From an uncultured Actinomycetes bacterium (GTDB lineage: Bacteria > Actinomycetota > Acidimicrobiia > IMCC26256 > DASPTH01), in NCBI GenBank assembly GCA_963726965.1, contig CAVSEI010000011.1, positions 441,915 to 505,914 of the forward strand: a DNA stretch of 64,000 nucleotides. Direction: 5' to 3'. Numbering within the stretch: position 1 is the first letter of the stretch; every line of letters starts with the position of its first letter. The notes beneath the pieces were generated by a model. It had not been told where the DNA came from, ran no database searches, and saw nothing but the letters and a program-made list of their open reading frames with translations. Shown here piece by piece: positions 1 to 8,665 of this stretch. The position numbers and the translations under genes are program-made.

Positions 1-429
1 GCGGTCGCGCGAGGTGCACACCGTTCGGTCCGAAGCCGCCGCTCGGGCTCCAACCAGGCGGGCGTGACGATGGCCTCGCCGGCTGCGATCTGGGGCAGCC
101 ACTCGGCCTGCAGCCCGGGTGACCCGGCGTTGGCGATCACGCCGCCGCTCATCACCGAGCTCACGAAATGGGGCGACGGCGCCAGCGTCCGACCCAACTC
201 GGTGTAGACGACGACCGCGTCCAGCATCGTCATCCCGCTCCCGCCGTGTTCCTCGGGCAGCGTCATGCCGAGGAGCCCCAACTCGGCGAGTTGCTCCCAG
301 AACTTGGTGGGATACCCGATGGGATCGTCTTCCATCGCGCGCGACGACGTCGAGACCGCAGTACCGCGCGCACACGCCGGCCACCGCCTCGCGCAACATG
401 TCCTGCTCGGGAGTGAAGTCGAGATCCAT
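1..429 (-). pseudogene. acyl-CoA dehydrogenase, N-terminal ~140 codons (rest lies beyond the window edge); two apparent frameshifts as sequenced
   Basis: Reverse translation from ATG 429..427 gives MDLDFTPEQDMLREAVAGVCARYCGLDVV. After a frame change in a (GC)n run near 336-343 it reads RAMEDDPIGYPTKFWEQLAELGLLGMTLPEEHGGSGMTMLDAVVVYTELGRTLAPSPHF, a typical ACAD N-terminal domain. A second frame change lies near 36-41. The start overlaps the upstream stop (TGATG). Confidence 0.75.
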
Positions 430-896
430 CAAGGTCTCCAGTCGTCACCGCGGCGTTGCCACGGGTTGTCGTCGATTGAGTTCGGGACGGCGACCTTCGC
501 CTCCGATTCCGTGCAGATCACGTCGCCGACACGGATGGTGAGGTCCAGCTCGACCCAGCCGCAACCGCGATCGTCGAGCGCCACGTCGCGCACGACACCT
601 TCGATCACCATCGTGTCGGCGGGGAAGATCGGCTTGCGCATCTTGTAGCGCAGCCGCCCGAGCCGCCCCTTCGGTCCGGTCCAGTCGGTGACGAAACGCT
701 CCAGCCACGCGCCCTGGTTCGGCGAGTTGAGGAAGATGTCCTTGACGCCCTGACGCTCGACCGCGAAGTGGTGGTCGTGGTGCATCGGTCGCCAGTCGCG
801 CGACGCGAGCGCACCGAGCACCACGGTGGTCGACGTGACGTCGTACGACAGGGAGGGCAGCACGCCGCCGACCGCCACCTGGTCGAAGGTGATCAC
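429..896 (-). CDS. MaoC-like (R)-specific enoyl-CoA hydratase, hot-dog fold subunit
   Basis: These are the last 155 codons of ORF 429..1208. GTG 896..894 overlaps the upstream stop (GTGA). The sequence ITFDQVAVGG...DWRPMHHDHHFAVERQGVKDIFLNSPNQGAWLERFVTDWTG...VELDLTIRVGD is MaoC dehydratase-like. The upstream ~100 codons of the ORF are Arg/Pro-rich non-gene read-through. Confidence 0.8.
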   Translation of the reverse strand: MITFDQVAVGGVLPSLSYDVTSTTVVLGALASRDWRPMHHDHHFAVERQGVKDIFLNSPNQGAWLERFVTDWTGPKGRLGRLRYKMRKPIFPADTMVIEGVVRDVALDDRGCGWVELDLTIRVGDVICTESEAKVAVPNSIDDNPWQRRGDDWRP

Positions 897-1414
897 GCCG
901 CGTCCCTCCGGTAGCCGAAGCCGGTCCACCGTTCGACACCGCAGAGTTCGTTGCGCTGGTTGCGGTACTCGACGTCGATCACCCAGAAGCGACCGGTACC
1001 GAGTCGACGGGTCTGTTCTTCGCTCACCGAGACGAGGCGTTGCGCGCTGGTGATCGTGTCGCCGGGCCGCACCGGTTCGTGGAAGGTGGTGACGTTCTCG
1101 GTCATGATCGCTTCGGGGAGCTCGAACCGGGCCTTCAGGTCGAAGTGGATCTGCAGCGGGAGCTTCTCGACCGTGCGTCCGGGCGCCCAGTGGTGCGGCC
1201 GGAACCACGCCGAGAGCATCGACAGCGGCGCGATGGGCCCACCGGTGATCTCGTTGGCGACCGCATCGTCCCAGAAGATCGGGTTGGCGTTCTCCACCGA
1301 CGCCGCGCTGGTCCAGAAGTACCCGCGCTCGACGGGGAACTCACCCTCCTCCTCGTACTGCAGCTGTCCGATGAGGGACTGCACGTCGCTCGGCAGACCC
1401 GCCGTCGAACTCAT
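893..1414 (-). CDS. MaoC_dehydrat_N-type hot-dog subunit (partner of the adjacent MaoC subunit; HadA/HadB or ChsH1/ChsH2-like arrangement)
   Basis: These are the last 173 codons of ORF 893..1669. ATG 1414..1412 overlaps the stop of the upstream gene (ATGA). The sequence reads MSSTAGLPSDVQSLIGQLQYEEEGEFPVERGYFWTSAASVENANPIFWDD...GTGRFWVIDVEYRNQ. Confidence 0.8.
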   Translation of the reverse strand: MSSTAGLPSDVQSLIGQLQYEEEGEFPVERGYFWTSAASVENANPIFWDDAVANEITGGPIAPLSMLSAWFRPHHWAPGRTVEKLPLQIHFDLKARFELPEAIMTENVTTFHEPVRPGDTITSAQRLVSVSEEQTRRLGTGRFWVIDVEYRNQRNELCGVERWTGFGYRRDAA

Positions 1415-2574
1415 GCCACCACCCCCGAATGGTGCAGCTCGGCGATCTCGTCGGCGGACAGGCCGGCACCGAGCAGCAGCGTGTCGGTGTCGGTGGTCGT
1501 GGCATCGCGCGCCTCGTACCGCGGATCGGGCCGCTGCATGCCCGCGAACACGGGACCGACCTGGCGGAAGGTTCCGTGCTCGGCGTGATGGGCCGACGCG
1601 TAGTCGCCCCTCGCCACGAACTGCTCGTCCTCGAGCACTTCCGGGACGGTGAGCACCGGCGCGACACACGTGTCGGCCGCGGCGAGAAACTCAGTCCACT
1701 CATCGCGGTCGCGGGTGAGGAAGGCCGCGCGCACGTCGGCGCGGATCTGGTCCTGCACCGCGTCGTCGTGCTGGTGCGCAGCCCAGCGTGCGAGGCCGAG
1801 GAGCTCGCAGAGGTTCCCCCAGAAGCGTGGCTCGATCGCGGCGACGGTCATCCACTGTCCATCGCGTGTCGGGTAAGTGTCGTAGCAGGCGTAGCGGCCG
1901 GTGAGCAGCCCGTGTCGAGGCCCGGGGACCTCACCAGTGGCGCAGTACTCGTCCACCGCGAGGGCCATCAGGCCGAGCACGCCGTCGGCGATCGACACGT
2001 CGAGGTACGCACCCTCGCCGCTCGTCGCCCGCCGCACCAACGCCGCCAGGATCGCCATCACCGCGTGCATGCCCCCACCCGCGCTGTCGGCGACGGTCAA
2101 GCCGGGAATGGGGGGTTGACCATCGGGGCCACGGCCGCCGCAGTGCAGGAAGCCGCCGACGCCGAGGTAGTTCAGATCGTGTCCCGCCCACTGCGACCGG
2201 GGTCCGGACTGGCCGAAGCCGCTGGTCGCGCAGTAGACGAGACTCGGGTTGCGGGTCGAGGCTGCCTCCCAGCCGATGCCGAGACGATCGACGACCCCGG
2301 GGCGGAAGCTCTCGATCACCACGTCGGCGTGCTCCACCAGGCGCAGGAACACGTCGCGACCCTCGGGCGTCTTCATGTCGACGAGGGCGCGCTGCATCCG
2401 CCGGTGCGCGCTGTAGGCATAGAACGGCGGGGTGATCTGCACGCCGGTGTCCTTGGGCACCGGTCCGACCTTCACGACCGTCGCGCCGTAGTCGGCGAGC
2501 CAGCGCGACGCGTGCGCCGCCGGCCCCACGCTCGCGAGGTCCAGCACCGTGATGCCCTCGAGCATCTCCGTCAT
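1411..2574 (-). CDS. alpha-methylacyl-CoA racemase-like family III CoA-transferase (CaiB/BaiF fold)
   Basis: Full ORF of 387 aa. GFGQSGPRSQWAGHDLNYLGVGGFL...GLTVADSAGGGMHAVMAILAALV closely resembles the mycobacterial MCR core as I recall it (TGWGQTGPRSQQAGHDINY...VGDFGGGS). The His and Asp positions of the racemase pair are retained. Confidence 0.8.
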   Translation of the reverse strand: MTEMLEGITVLDLASVGPAAHASRWLADYGATVVKVGPVPKDTGVQITPPFYAYSAHRRMQRALVDMKTPEGRDVFLRLVEHADVVIESFRPGVVDRLGIGWEAASTRNPSLVYCATSGFGQSGPRSQWAGHDLNYLGVGGFLHCGGRGPDGQPPIPGLTVADSAGGGMHAVMAILAALVRRATSGEGAYLDVSIADGVLGLMALAVDEYCATGEVPGPRHGLLTGRYACYDTYPTRDGQWMTVAAIEPRFWGNLCELLGLARWAAHQHDDAVQDQIRADVRAAFLTRDRDEWTEFLAAADTCVAPVLTVPEVLEDEQFVARGDYASAHHAEHGTFRQVGPVFAGMQRPDPRYEARDATTTDTDTLLLGAGLSADEIAELHHSGVVA

Positions 2575-2590
2575 CGTCAGCGGACCGTTC

Positions 2591-3772
2591 TCAGAAGTTC
2601 TTCGGAAGACCGAGCTTGCGACGCGAGATGATGTTCTTCTGGATCTCGGAACCGCCGCCGCCGACGGTGTCGATCACGGTGTAGCGGTAGGTCGATTCGG
2701 CCCGGCCCTTCATGGGAGCCTCTTCGGTCTTCACCCGCAGCTGCGAACCCGGACCGCCGAGATCCATGGACGCGTTCGCGAGCCGCTTCGACAGCTCGGT
2801 GGCGAAGAGCTTGTATTCCGACGCCTCGGAGGTGGGCGCGGCGCCGCCCTTCATCGACTTGGCGACGAAGCGCAACCCGAGCACGCGCGCGACTTCTGCA
2901 TCGGTGGCCAGTCGAGCGATCTGCTTGCGGATCACCGCGTCGTCGCGCAACGGCTCACCGTCGACGGTCTCGGTGGCGACGTAGTCACACAGCACGTCGA
3001 GCCGCTGTTTGATCGGCGAGTACGTGAACATGGTGAACCGCTCGAGGTCGAGCGCCTCGGAGATGTACTGAAAACCGTGATTGAGGTCGCCGACGACGTA
3101 GTCGTCGTGGACGAACACGTTGTCGAAGAACACGTCGTTGGTGCGTTCGTCGCCCATGGTCCAGATCGCGTTGATGGTGATGCCGGGGTCGTCGAGCGGT
3201 ACCAGGAACAGCGTGATGCCGTGGTGCTTGGGCGCTTCGGGATCCGTGCGGGCACCCACCCAGTACCACTCGGCGAAGTGGGCCGACGTGGTCCACGTCT
3301 TCTGCCCGTTGAGCCGCCAGCCGTCACCGTCGCGCGTGGCCTTGAGCTTCATCGACGCGGCGTCGGAGCCGGCGTCGGGTTCGCTGTATCCCACGGCGAA
3401 GTCGATCTCGTTGCTCAGGATCTTCGGCAGGAACTCCTTCTGCATCCGCTCGGTGCCGTGGCGGAGGATGGTCTTGCCGATGATGCCGATGCCCTTGCCG
3501 ATCTGGGGCCCTCCGCGGCGGGCCAGCGCCTCGTTGAGCAGATACTCGTAGACACCGTCGCCCTCCTGGCCACCCCATTCCTTGGGCCACGTGATGCCGA
3601 GCCAACCCTGCTCGCCGATCTTGGCCATCAGCGCGCGGCGCTCGGGGATGTCGGCAACCTGGGCCATGTTCTCCCGGGTCACGTCGAAGACGACGGGGTC
3701 GTCGTTGGCGTCGAGGAACGCCTCGACCTCGTCGCGGAACGCGAGCTGTTCGGGCGAGAAGTCGAAATCCAC
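2591..3772 (-). CDS. acyl-CoA dehydrogenase
   Basis: Full ORF of 393 aa starting MDFDFSPEQLAFRDEVEAFL (GTG start). It has ACAD N, middle and C domain motifs, with a C-terminal GGGSEIQKNIISRRKLGLP. Confidence 0.9.
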   Translation of the reverse strand: MDFDFSPEQLAFRDEVEAFLDANDDPVVFDVTRENMAQVADIPERRALMAKIGEQGWLGITWPKEWGGQEGDGVYEYLLNEALARRGGPQIGKGIGIIGKTILRHGTERMQKEFLPKILSNEIDFAVGYSEPDAGSDAASMKLKATRDGDGWRLNGQKTWTTSAHFAEWYWVGARTDPEAPKHHGITLFLVPLDDPGITINAIWTMGDERTNDVFFDNVFVHDDYVVGDLNHGFQYISEALDLERFTMFTYSPIKQRLDVLCDYVATETVDGEPLRDDAVIRKQIARLATDAEVARVLGLRFVAKSMKGGAAPTSEASEYKLFATELSKRLANASMDLGGPGSQLRVKTEEAPMKGRAESTYRYTVIDTVGGGGSEIQKNIISRRKLGLPKNF

Positions 3773-3789
3773 CGGGCCCCCTCAGAAAT

Positions 3790-3804
3790 CTGACGACCCG
3801 TCAG
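3790..3804. promoter_or_regulatory. palindromic operator-like site CTGACG-ACC-CGTCAG (site 1 of 7)
   Basis: A perfect 6+3+6 dyad in the 57-bp gap between CoA-transferase stop 3830 and ACAD start 3772, about 17 nt upstream of that start codon. Confidence 0.6.
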
Positions 3805-3829
3805 TTTAGGCAGTGCGCCGGCGAGTGCA

Positions 3830-5074
3830 TCAACCAGTGACCACACCGTCGGCGATGAGTGCGTCGACGGTCTCGTCGTCGAGACCCAGCTCCTCGGCCA
3901 GGACCGAACGGGTGTGCTCGCCGACCCAGGGGATGCGCGACTCCGGCCCTTCGGCGACCTTCGACAACTTCACCGGGTTGCCCGGGATCACGACGGGTCG
4001 CTCGACGCCGTCGGTGCGCTCCATCTCGATCAGCATGTGCCGGGCTTCGAGGTGAGGGTCGGCCACGACCTCCCGCGCAGTCTGGACCGGTGCCGAAGCG
4101 ATCCCCGCCGCCGACAGCTTCTCCACCGCCTCCATCTTGGTCATGTTCCCGGCCCAGGCCTCGATGGCGGGTCGGAGCATGTCTTCGAGATGCGCGGCCC
4201 AGCCTTCCCGCGTCGCCAGGCGCGGGTCGTCGACCCACTCGGGCCGGCCGACGAGTTGCGCGATTCGCTCGAGTTGGTGCTCGCGCACGAGCTGCAGCAC
4301 GAACCATCCGTTGGACGCACGGAACGGATCGAGGATCGCGCTCCGCGGCTCGTTCAGCCGGTGCTTTCCGAGCGACTCGAAGTTGGTGACGATGTCGGTC
4401 ATGGCCACCGTGGCGTCATACATCGCGATGTCGACTCGCTGTCCCTCACCGGTTGCATCCCGGTGGCGGAGCGCGGCCAGGATGCCGATGGCGGCGAACA
4501 GGGCCGAGCTGATGTCGCCGAGGGCCCCGACGGGGTTGGGTCGGGGCGTTTCGTCGCCGACGAGGACGTAGTCGTAGATGCCCGACATCGCTTCCGCGAT
4601 CGACGCGTACGCGGGCCAGTCGGCGTACGGCGAACCGCTCGCCCCGAACCCCGACACCGAGGCGTAGATCACGGAAGGATGCACTGCCGCGACCGCTTCG
4701 TAGCCGAGACCCATCCGGTCGAGCGCACCCGATTTGAAGTTCTCGGCGAACACGTCGAACTTCGGCGCCAACGCGAGCACCAGTTCCCGACCCTTGTCGG
4801 CCTTGAGGTTCACGGTGACGCTGCGCTTCGAGAGGTTGTTGCGCAGGAACGTGGCGCCGATGAAGCGGCCTTCGGGGTCGTGCATGCCCGGCTGTGAACC
4901 TCGGCCGGACTCGCCGGCCGGCGCTTCGATCTTGACGACATCGGCACCGAGGCGGGCGAGGAGCTGGGTGGCGTAGGGGAGGGCCTGCATCTGTTCCAGG
5001 GCGAGCACCCGCACGCCATCGAGCGGCTTGCCGTACTTCGCCGCACCTTCGTTCGCCACGTCCCCGAGTCGCAC
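3830..5074 (-). CDS. family III CoA-transferase (CaiB/BaiF)
   Basis: ORF 3830..5215. The likely GTG start is at 5074 (or 5059), downstream of the permease stop at 5106. The sequence reads LDGVRVLALEQMQALPYATQLLARLGADVVKIEAPAGE...GQRVDIAMYDA...VGEHTRSVLAEELGLDDETVDALIADGVVTG. Confidence 0.85.
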   Translation of the reverse strand: MRLGDVANEGAAKYGKPLDGVRVLALEQMQALPYATQLLARLGADVVKIEAPAGESGRGSQPGMHDPEGRFIGATFLRNNLSKRSVTVNLKADKGRELVLALAPKFDVFAENFKSGALDRMGLGYEAVAAVHPSVIYASVSGFGASGSPYADWPAYASIAEAMSGIYDYVLVGDETPRPNPVGALGDISSALFAAIGILAALRHRDATGEGQRVDIAMYDATVAMTDIVTNFESLGKHRLNEPRSAILDPFRASNGWFVLQLVREHQLERIAQLVGRPEWVDDPRLATREGWAAHLEDMLRPAIEAWAGNMTKMEAVEKLSAAGIASAPVQTAREVVADPHLEARHMLIEMERTDGVERPVVIPGNPVKLSKVAEGPESRIPWVGEHTRSVLAEELGLDDETVDALIADGVVTG

Positions 5075-5105
5075 GGGTGCAGGGTACCTGTGACGCTTCG
5101 GGGAC

Positions 5106-7208
5106 TCAGGCTCCGGGTGCCGCGCTGACCACCGGTTGCTCGGTGACGTCGGGCGGCGAGGAGGGAGCGGGCGAGTCGTCGGACTCGGCGGCCCGCGCCG
5201 CCCGCTTCTGGGCACGCTTCTCGCGCTGTTCTTCGCCGACGGTCGGGATGATGCCCGCGGGCTGACGGCCGATGCCGATGCCCGCGAGGCCGGGGCCGAC
5301 GGCCGCCCACCACGAGAGGAACGTCGACGACGGGAAGAGCGCGGTCAACCACGTGAAGCCCTGGAGGAAGATGCCGCCGAGCAGGGCACCACTCACCACC
5401 GCGACGCCACCGACGACGAGCAGGAGCAGGTAGCCGAGGCCGGTCAGGACCTGGAAGTCCTGCGGGCTCGCCGAACCGAGCAGCGACCCGAAGAACGCGC
5501 CGGCGAGTCCGGCGATGGCGGCCGAGACCGCGAACACCGCGACCTTCGTCGCGAGCAGGTTCACTCCCAACGTCGTGCACGCGGCGGGGCTGTCGCGCAT
5601 GGCGACCAGCCGTCGCCCAAAGGTGCTGCGACGCATCGCGACCACGAGCATCCCCACGAGCGCGAACGCCAGCGCGGTGACGAACAGCAATCCCGCGTCG
5701 GCAGGAAAGTCGATTCCGAGGATGCTGAACGGCTGACTGGTGTTCCACCCGAAGAGCTTGAGCGGCGGGACGCGCACCGATGACGCGCCGAACACTTCGG
5801 GCTGGCCGAAGAACAAGATCTCCGCCATCGCCGCGAACGACATGGACGCCAGCGCGAGGTACAGACCTTTCAATCGCAGAGCAGGGAGCGCCATCAGGAC
5901 ACCGAAGGGGACGGTGAACAACGCAGCCGCGATGAGACCGACCGCGCTGCCGAGATCGGGACCCCATTTGTAGATGGCGAACGTTCCGGCACCCACGAAC
6001 GTGATCTGGGCGAGTGAGATCTGGCCCGACCAGCCGGTCAGCGGGACCAACGACAACATGATCAACCCGGTGCAGATCGCGAGGTCGAGGTTGCGGATGT
6101 TCTGGCGGTCGAACAGCGCCGCGAGCACGAAGACGACGACGAGCATCGCCGCCATGCCGACCGCCGCCCGACGCAGGGTCGGGACGCGTGCACTGATGGT
6201 GCGCATGGTTCGCTTGCCCTCGATGCGGGCCTCGGGGATGAAGAGCAGCGCGATGAACAGCACGATCGTCGGGATCGCCGGCGCTGCCGAGATCCAGCGA
6301 CCTCCCCACGTGAGGAAGTTGGACTGGAACGAGATCGACAACCCGATGATGATCCCGCCGACGTAGGTCAGCGGCAGGCTCTTCAGACGGCCGATGATCG
6401 CGGCCGCGAATGCGTCGATGATGAGCAGCGTGAGTACCTCGACGTTGAGCTGCGCGAGCTCCTCCGCGAGAAAGATGCCCGCGATCGCCGCCATCGACGA
6501 GCCGAGTGCCCACGAGACCATCGAGATGCGTCCGGGACGAGCGCCGTTGAGTGCGGCAAGCTCCCGGTTGTCGACCACGGCGCGCATGGCGATCCCGAGA
6601 CGGGTTCGGTACAGCACGAAGCGGAGCACCAGGGCGATGACGAGACCGGCCACGATGGTGATGAACCGATACCAGGGAATGAACGTGCTGCCGAGGTTGA
6701 ACCCTTCGCTCCCGAAGAACGTCGTGATGCTGGGCGGGTTGCCGGGATCCCACACCTTCAGGGCGAAGCCGATCATCGCGAGCATCAGCCCGATGGTCAC
6801 CACGAGCTGCGCGACGAGCGGCGCATCCCACATCCTCCGCATGAGGATGCGTTCGACCAGCGCGCCGAACAACGGGGCGGCCACCAGCACCGTGAGCCCC
6901 ACCGCGACCAGCGTGTTCCAACCGAGGTCGACCTTGAATTCCCAGTAGATGAACGCCATCAGCATCCCGATGGCACCCTGGGCGAAGTTGAAGATGCCCG
7001 ACGTCGTGTAGGTGACGACCAGACCGGCGGCCGCGACCGCGTAGATCGAACCCAGCGTCACGCCGACGATGAGGAAGAACAGGATCGAGTCGAACGTGAC
7101 CGGGTTGCCCGCCCACGACTCCTGGATCACGTAGCCCAGGAGGAGCGCGACGACGAGCGCGGAGATCAACCGTCCCCGGTTGCCCCGCGCCGTCAGTCGC
7201 TGGATCAT
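5106..7208 (-). CDS. branched-chain-amino-acid-type ABC transporter permease, fused LivH-LivM (two permease domains in one 700-aa protein)
   Basis: Full ORF of 700 aa, highly hydrophobic throughout. The N-terminal half is LivH-like (GSIYAVAAAGLVVTYTTSGIFNFAQGAIGML) and the second half is LivM-like (GWSGQISLAQITFVGAGTFA). It has an acidic/Pro-rich C-terminal tail and no Walker motifs. Confidence 0.85.
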   Translation of the reverse strand: MIQRLTARGNRGRLISALVVALLLGYVIQESWAGNPVTFDSILFFLIVGVTLGSIYAVAAAGLVVTYTTSGIFNFAQGAIGMLMAFIYWEFKVDLGWNTLVAVGLTVLVAAPLFGALVERILMRRMWDAPLVAQLVVTIGLMLAMIGFALKVWDPGNPPSITTFFGSEGFNLGSTFIPWYRFITIVAGLVIALVLRFVLYRTRLGIAMRAVVDNRELAALNGARPGRISMVSWALGSSMAAIAGIFLAEELAQLNVEVLTLLIIDAFAAAIIGRLKSLPLTYVGGIIIGLSISFQSNFLTWGGRWISAAPAIPTIVLFIALLFIPEARIEGKRTMRTISARVPTLRRAAVGMAAMLVVVFVLAALFDRQNIRNLDLAICTGLIMLSLVPLTGWSGQISLAQITFVGAGTFAIYKWGPDLGSAVGLIAAALFTVPFGVLMALPALRLKGLYLALASMSFAAMAEILFFGQPEVFGASSVRVPPLKLFGWNTSQPFSILGIDFPADAGLLFVTALAFALVGMLVVAMRRSTFGRRLVAMRDSPAACTTLGVNLLATKVAVFAVSAAIAGLAGAFFGSLLGSASPQDFQVLTGLGYLLLLVVGGVAVVSGALLGGIFLQGFTWLTALFPSSTFLSWWAAVGPGLAGIGIGRQPAGIIPTVGEEQREKRAQKRAARAAESDDSPAPSSPPDVTEQPVVSAAPGA

Positions 7209-7210
7209 CG

Positions 7211-8547
7211 TCAGCCTTGGAGCAAGTCGAGCTTCCGTTGGATCACGTTCTTCGGATTGCAGTCGAACGTGCCGGGCTTGCTCGGGAACACGCGAACGTA
7301 CTTCCCGTTCTTCACCTGCATCAGGACGTAGCAGTCGGTGATCTTCTTGGCCGCGAGGTCGGCCGTCGTCCCGTACATCCCGTCGGCGTCGAACTTGTGG
7401 ATGCCGTCCAGCGCGGTGAACAGCGCCTTGCGGGTCAGCCCGTCGTTCCCGGCGGTCTTGACCACCGAAGCCACGGCATCACGCAACAGCAGGCCGACGG
7501 CCCACGCGATCACCGAGTAGCCGTTGGCTTTGTCCTTGCCGACGTACTTCAGGAAGTTGGCCATCATCGGGTTGGACTTGGCCTCCTCGAACGGGAGGAA
7601 TCCGATCTGCACGTACTCGCCGTCGATGTCGGCCCCGCCCTGCGGGATGAAGGTCGGGTCGTAACACGTGGTGTTGCAGTCCCAGACCTTCACGCTGTTG
7701 ACGCCCTGGAGCTTGGCTTCCTTGCGGAGCTTGATCGTGCACCCGGGCGGGTTGCCGCACTGGGCGAGGGTCGAACTGTTCTGCTTGATGGCCTGGACGA
7801 CCGGCGTGTACGCGCTCTGGGGGACCGAACCGCCGAGCGGGAACTCACCGTCGAGCTTGATGCCGACCTGGTTGTCGTAGATGCCACCCTGGCCGACGAA
7901 CTGCGCGTCGCGTGCCGACTTGAGGTCGGCGGAGTCGATGAAGATCCCGTGGAGGCCCTTCCCGAACTTCGTCTTGTAGTAGTTCGCGCGCCCGACGTTC
8001 GCCTGGTAGGTCTGCGGGTGCTGGTCCTTCGTCGAGCAGACGATCGCCGGCGGGTTCACCGCGTACGTCGTCTTCGAGCACTGTTGCGCCACGCTGGTGT
8101 AGAGCGTCGCCAGGTCGGGAAGGCCCGTGGTCGCGCCGGTGGAGTCCTTGCACCCCTCGACGTCGTCGACGTTGGCGAGGAACAGCGCGGCCGCGACGAC
8201 GGCGAAGTCGTCCGAACAGGACGTGATCATCGCGTTCGGGACTCGGAGCCACTGAGCTTGGAGTCGTGGAAGTCGACGACGACCTTGCGCCCCGCGAGCC
8301 CGCCCTGCGCGTTGATGTACTTGGCGAAGCCGTTGAACCCGTCGACGACACCCTGGAACAGACCCGGTGCGAGCGGGGTGTCGACGTCGGCGACCACCGC
8401 GATCTTGAGCTCGGTCGGCGTGACCCCGACGTCGGACGACTTCGTGGGCTTGGCCGCCCGCTCGGTCCCGGCGCTCGCGGTGACCGCGCTGCTCGCCATG
8501 ACGATCGCCACGCCCAGTACGAGCGCAACCCAACGGAACCTCTTCAT
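7211..8547 (-). pseudogene. ABC transporter substrate-binding protein (LivK family), one apparent frameshift
   Basis: The signal peptide and N-terminus lie in ORF 8227..8547 (MKRFRWVALVLGVAIVMASSAVTASAG...KIAVVADVDTPLAPG...GRKVVVDFHDSKL). The remainder is in the 7211.. frame from MITSCSDDFAVVAAALF onward. The frames join near 8230-8240; adding one A would give ...SESRNAMITSCSDDF. Confidence 0.8.
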
Positions 8548-8620
8548 CGGTGTCCCCCCGGTGTCCGATGTTTCCCTGGCGCCGTGTCTGCGGGCACGGC
8601 GGCGACACCCTAACTGGGAT

Positions 8621-8635
8621 CTGACGCCTCGTCAG
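8621..8635. promoter_or_regulatory. palindromic operator-like site CTGACG-CCT-CGTCAG (site 2 of 7)
   Basis: A perfect dyad in the 118-bp divergent intergenic region between SBP start 8547 (-) and the HMGCS-like start 8666 (+). Confidence 0.6.
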
Positions 8636-8665
8636 GTCGCCCGAGGGTTCAGGTACCCTGCAGCC

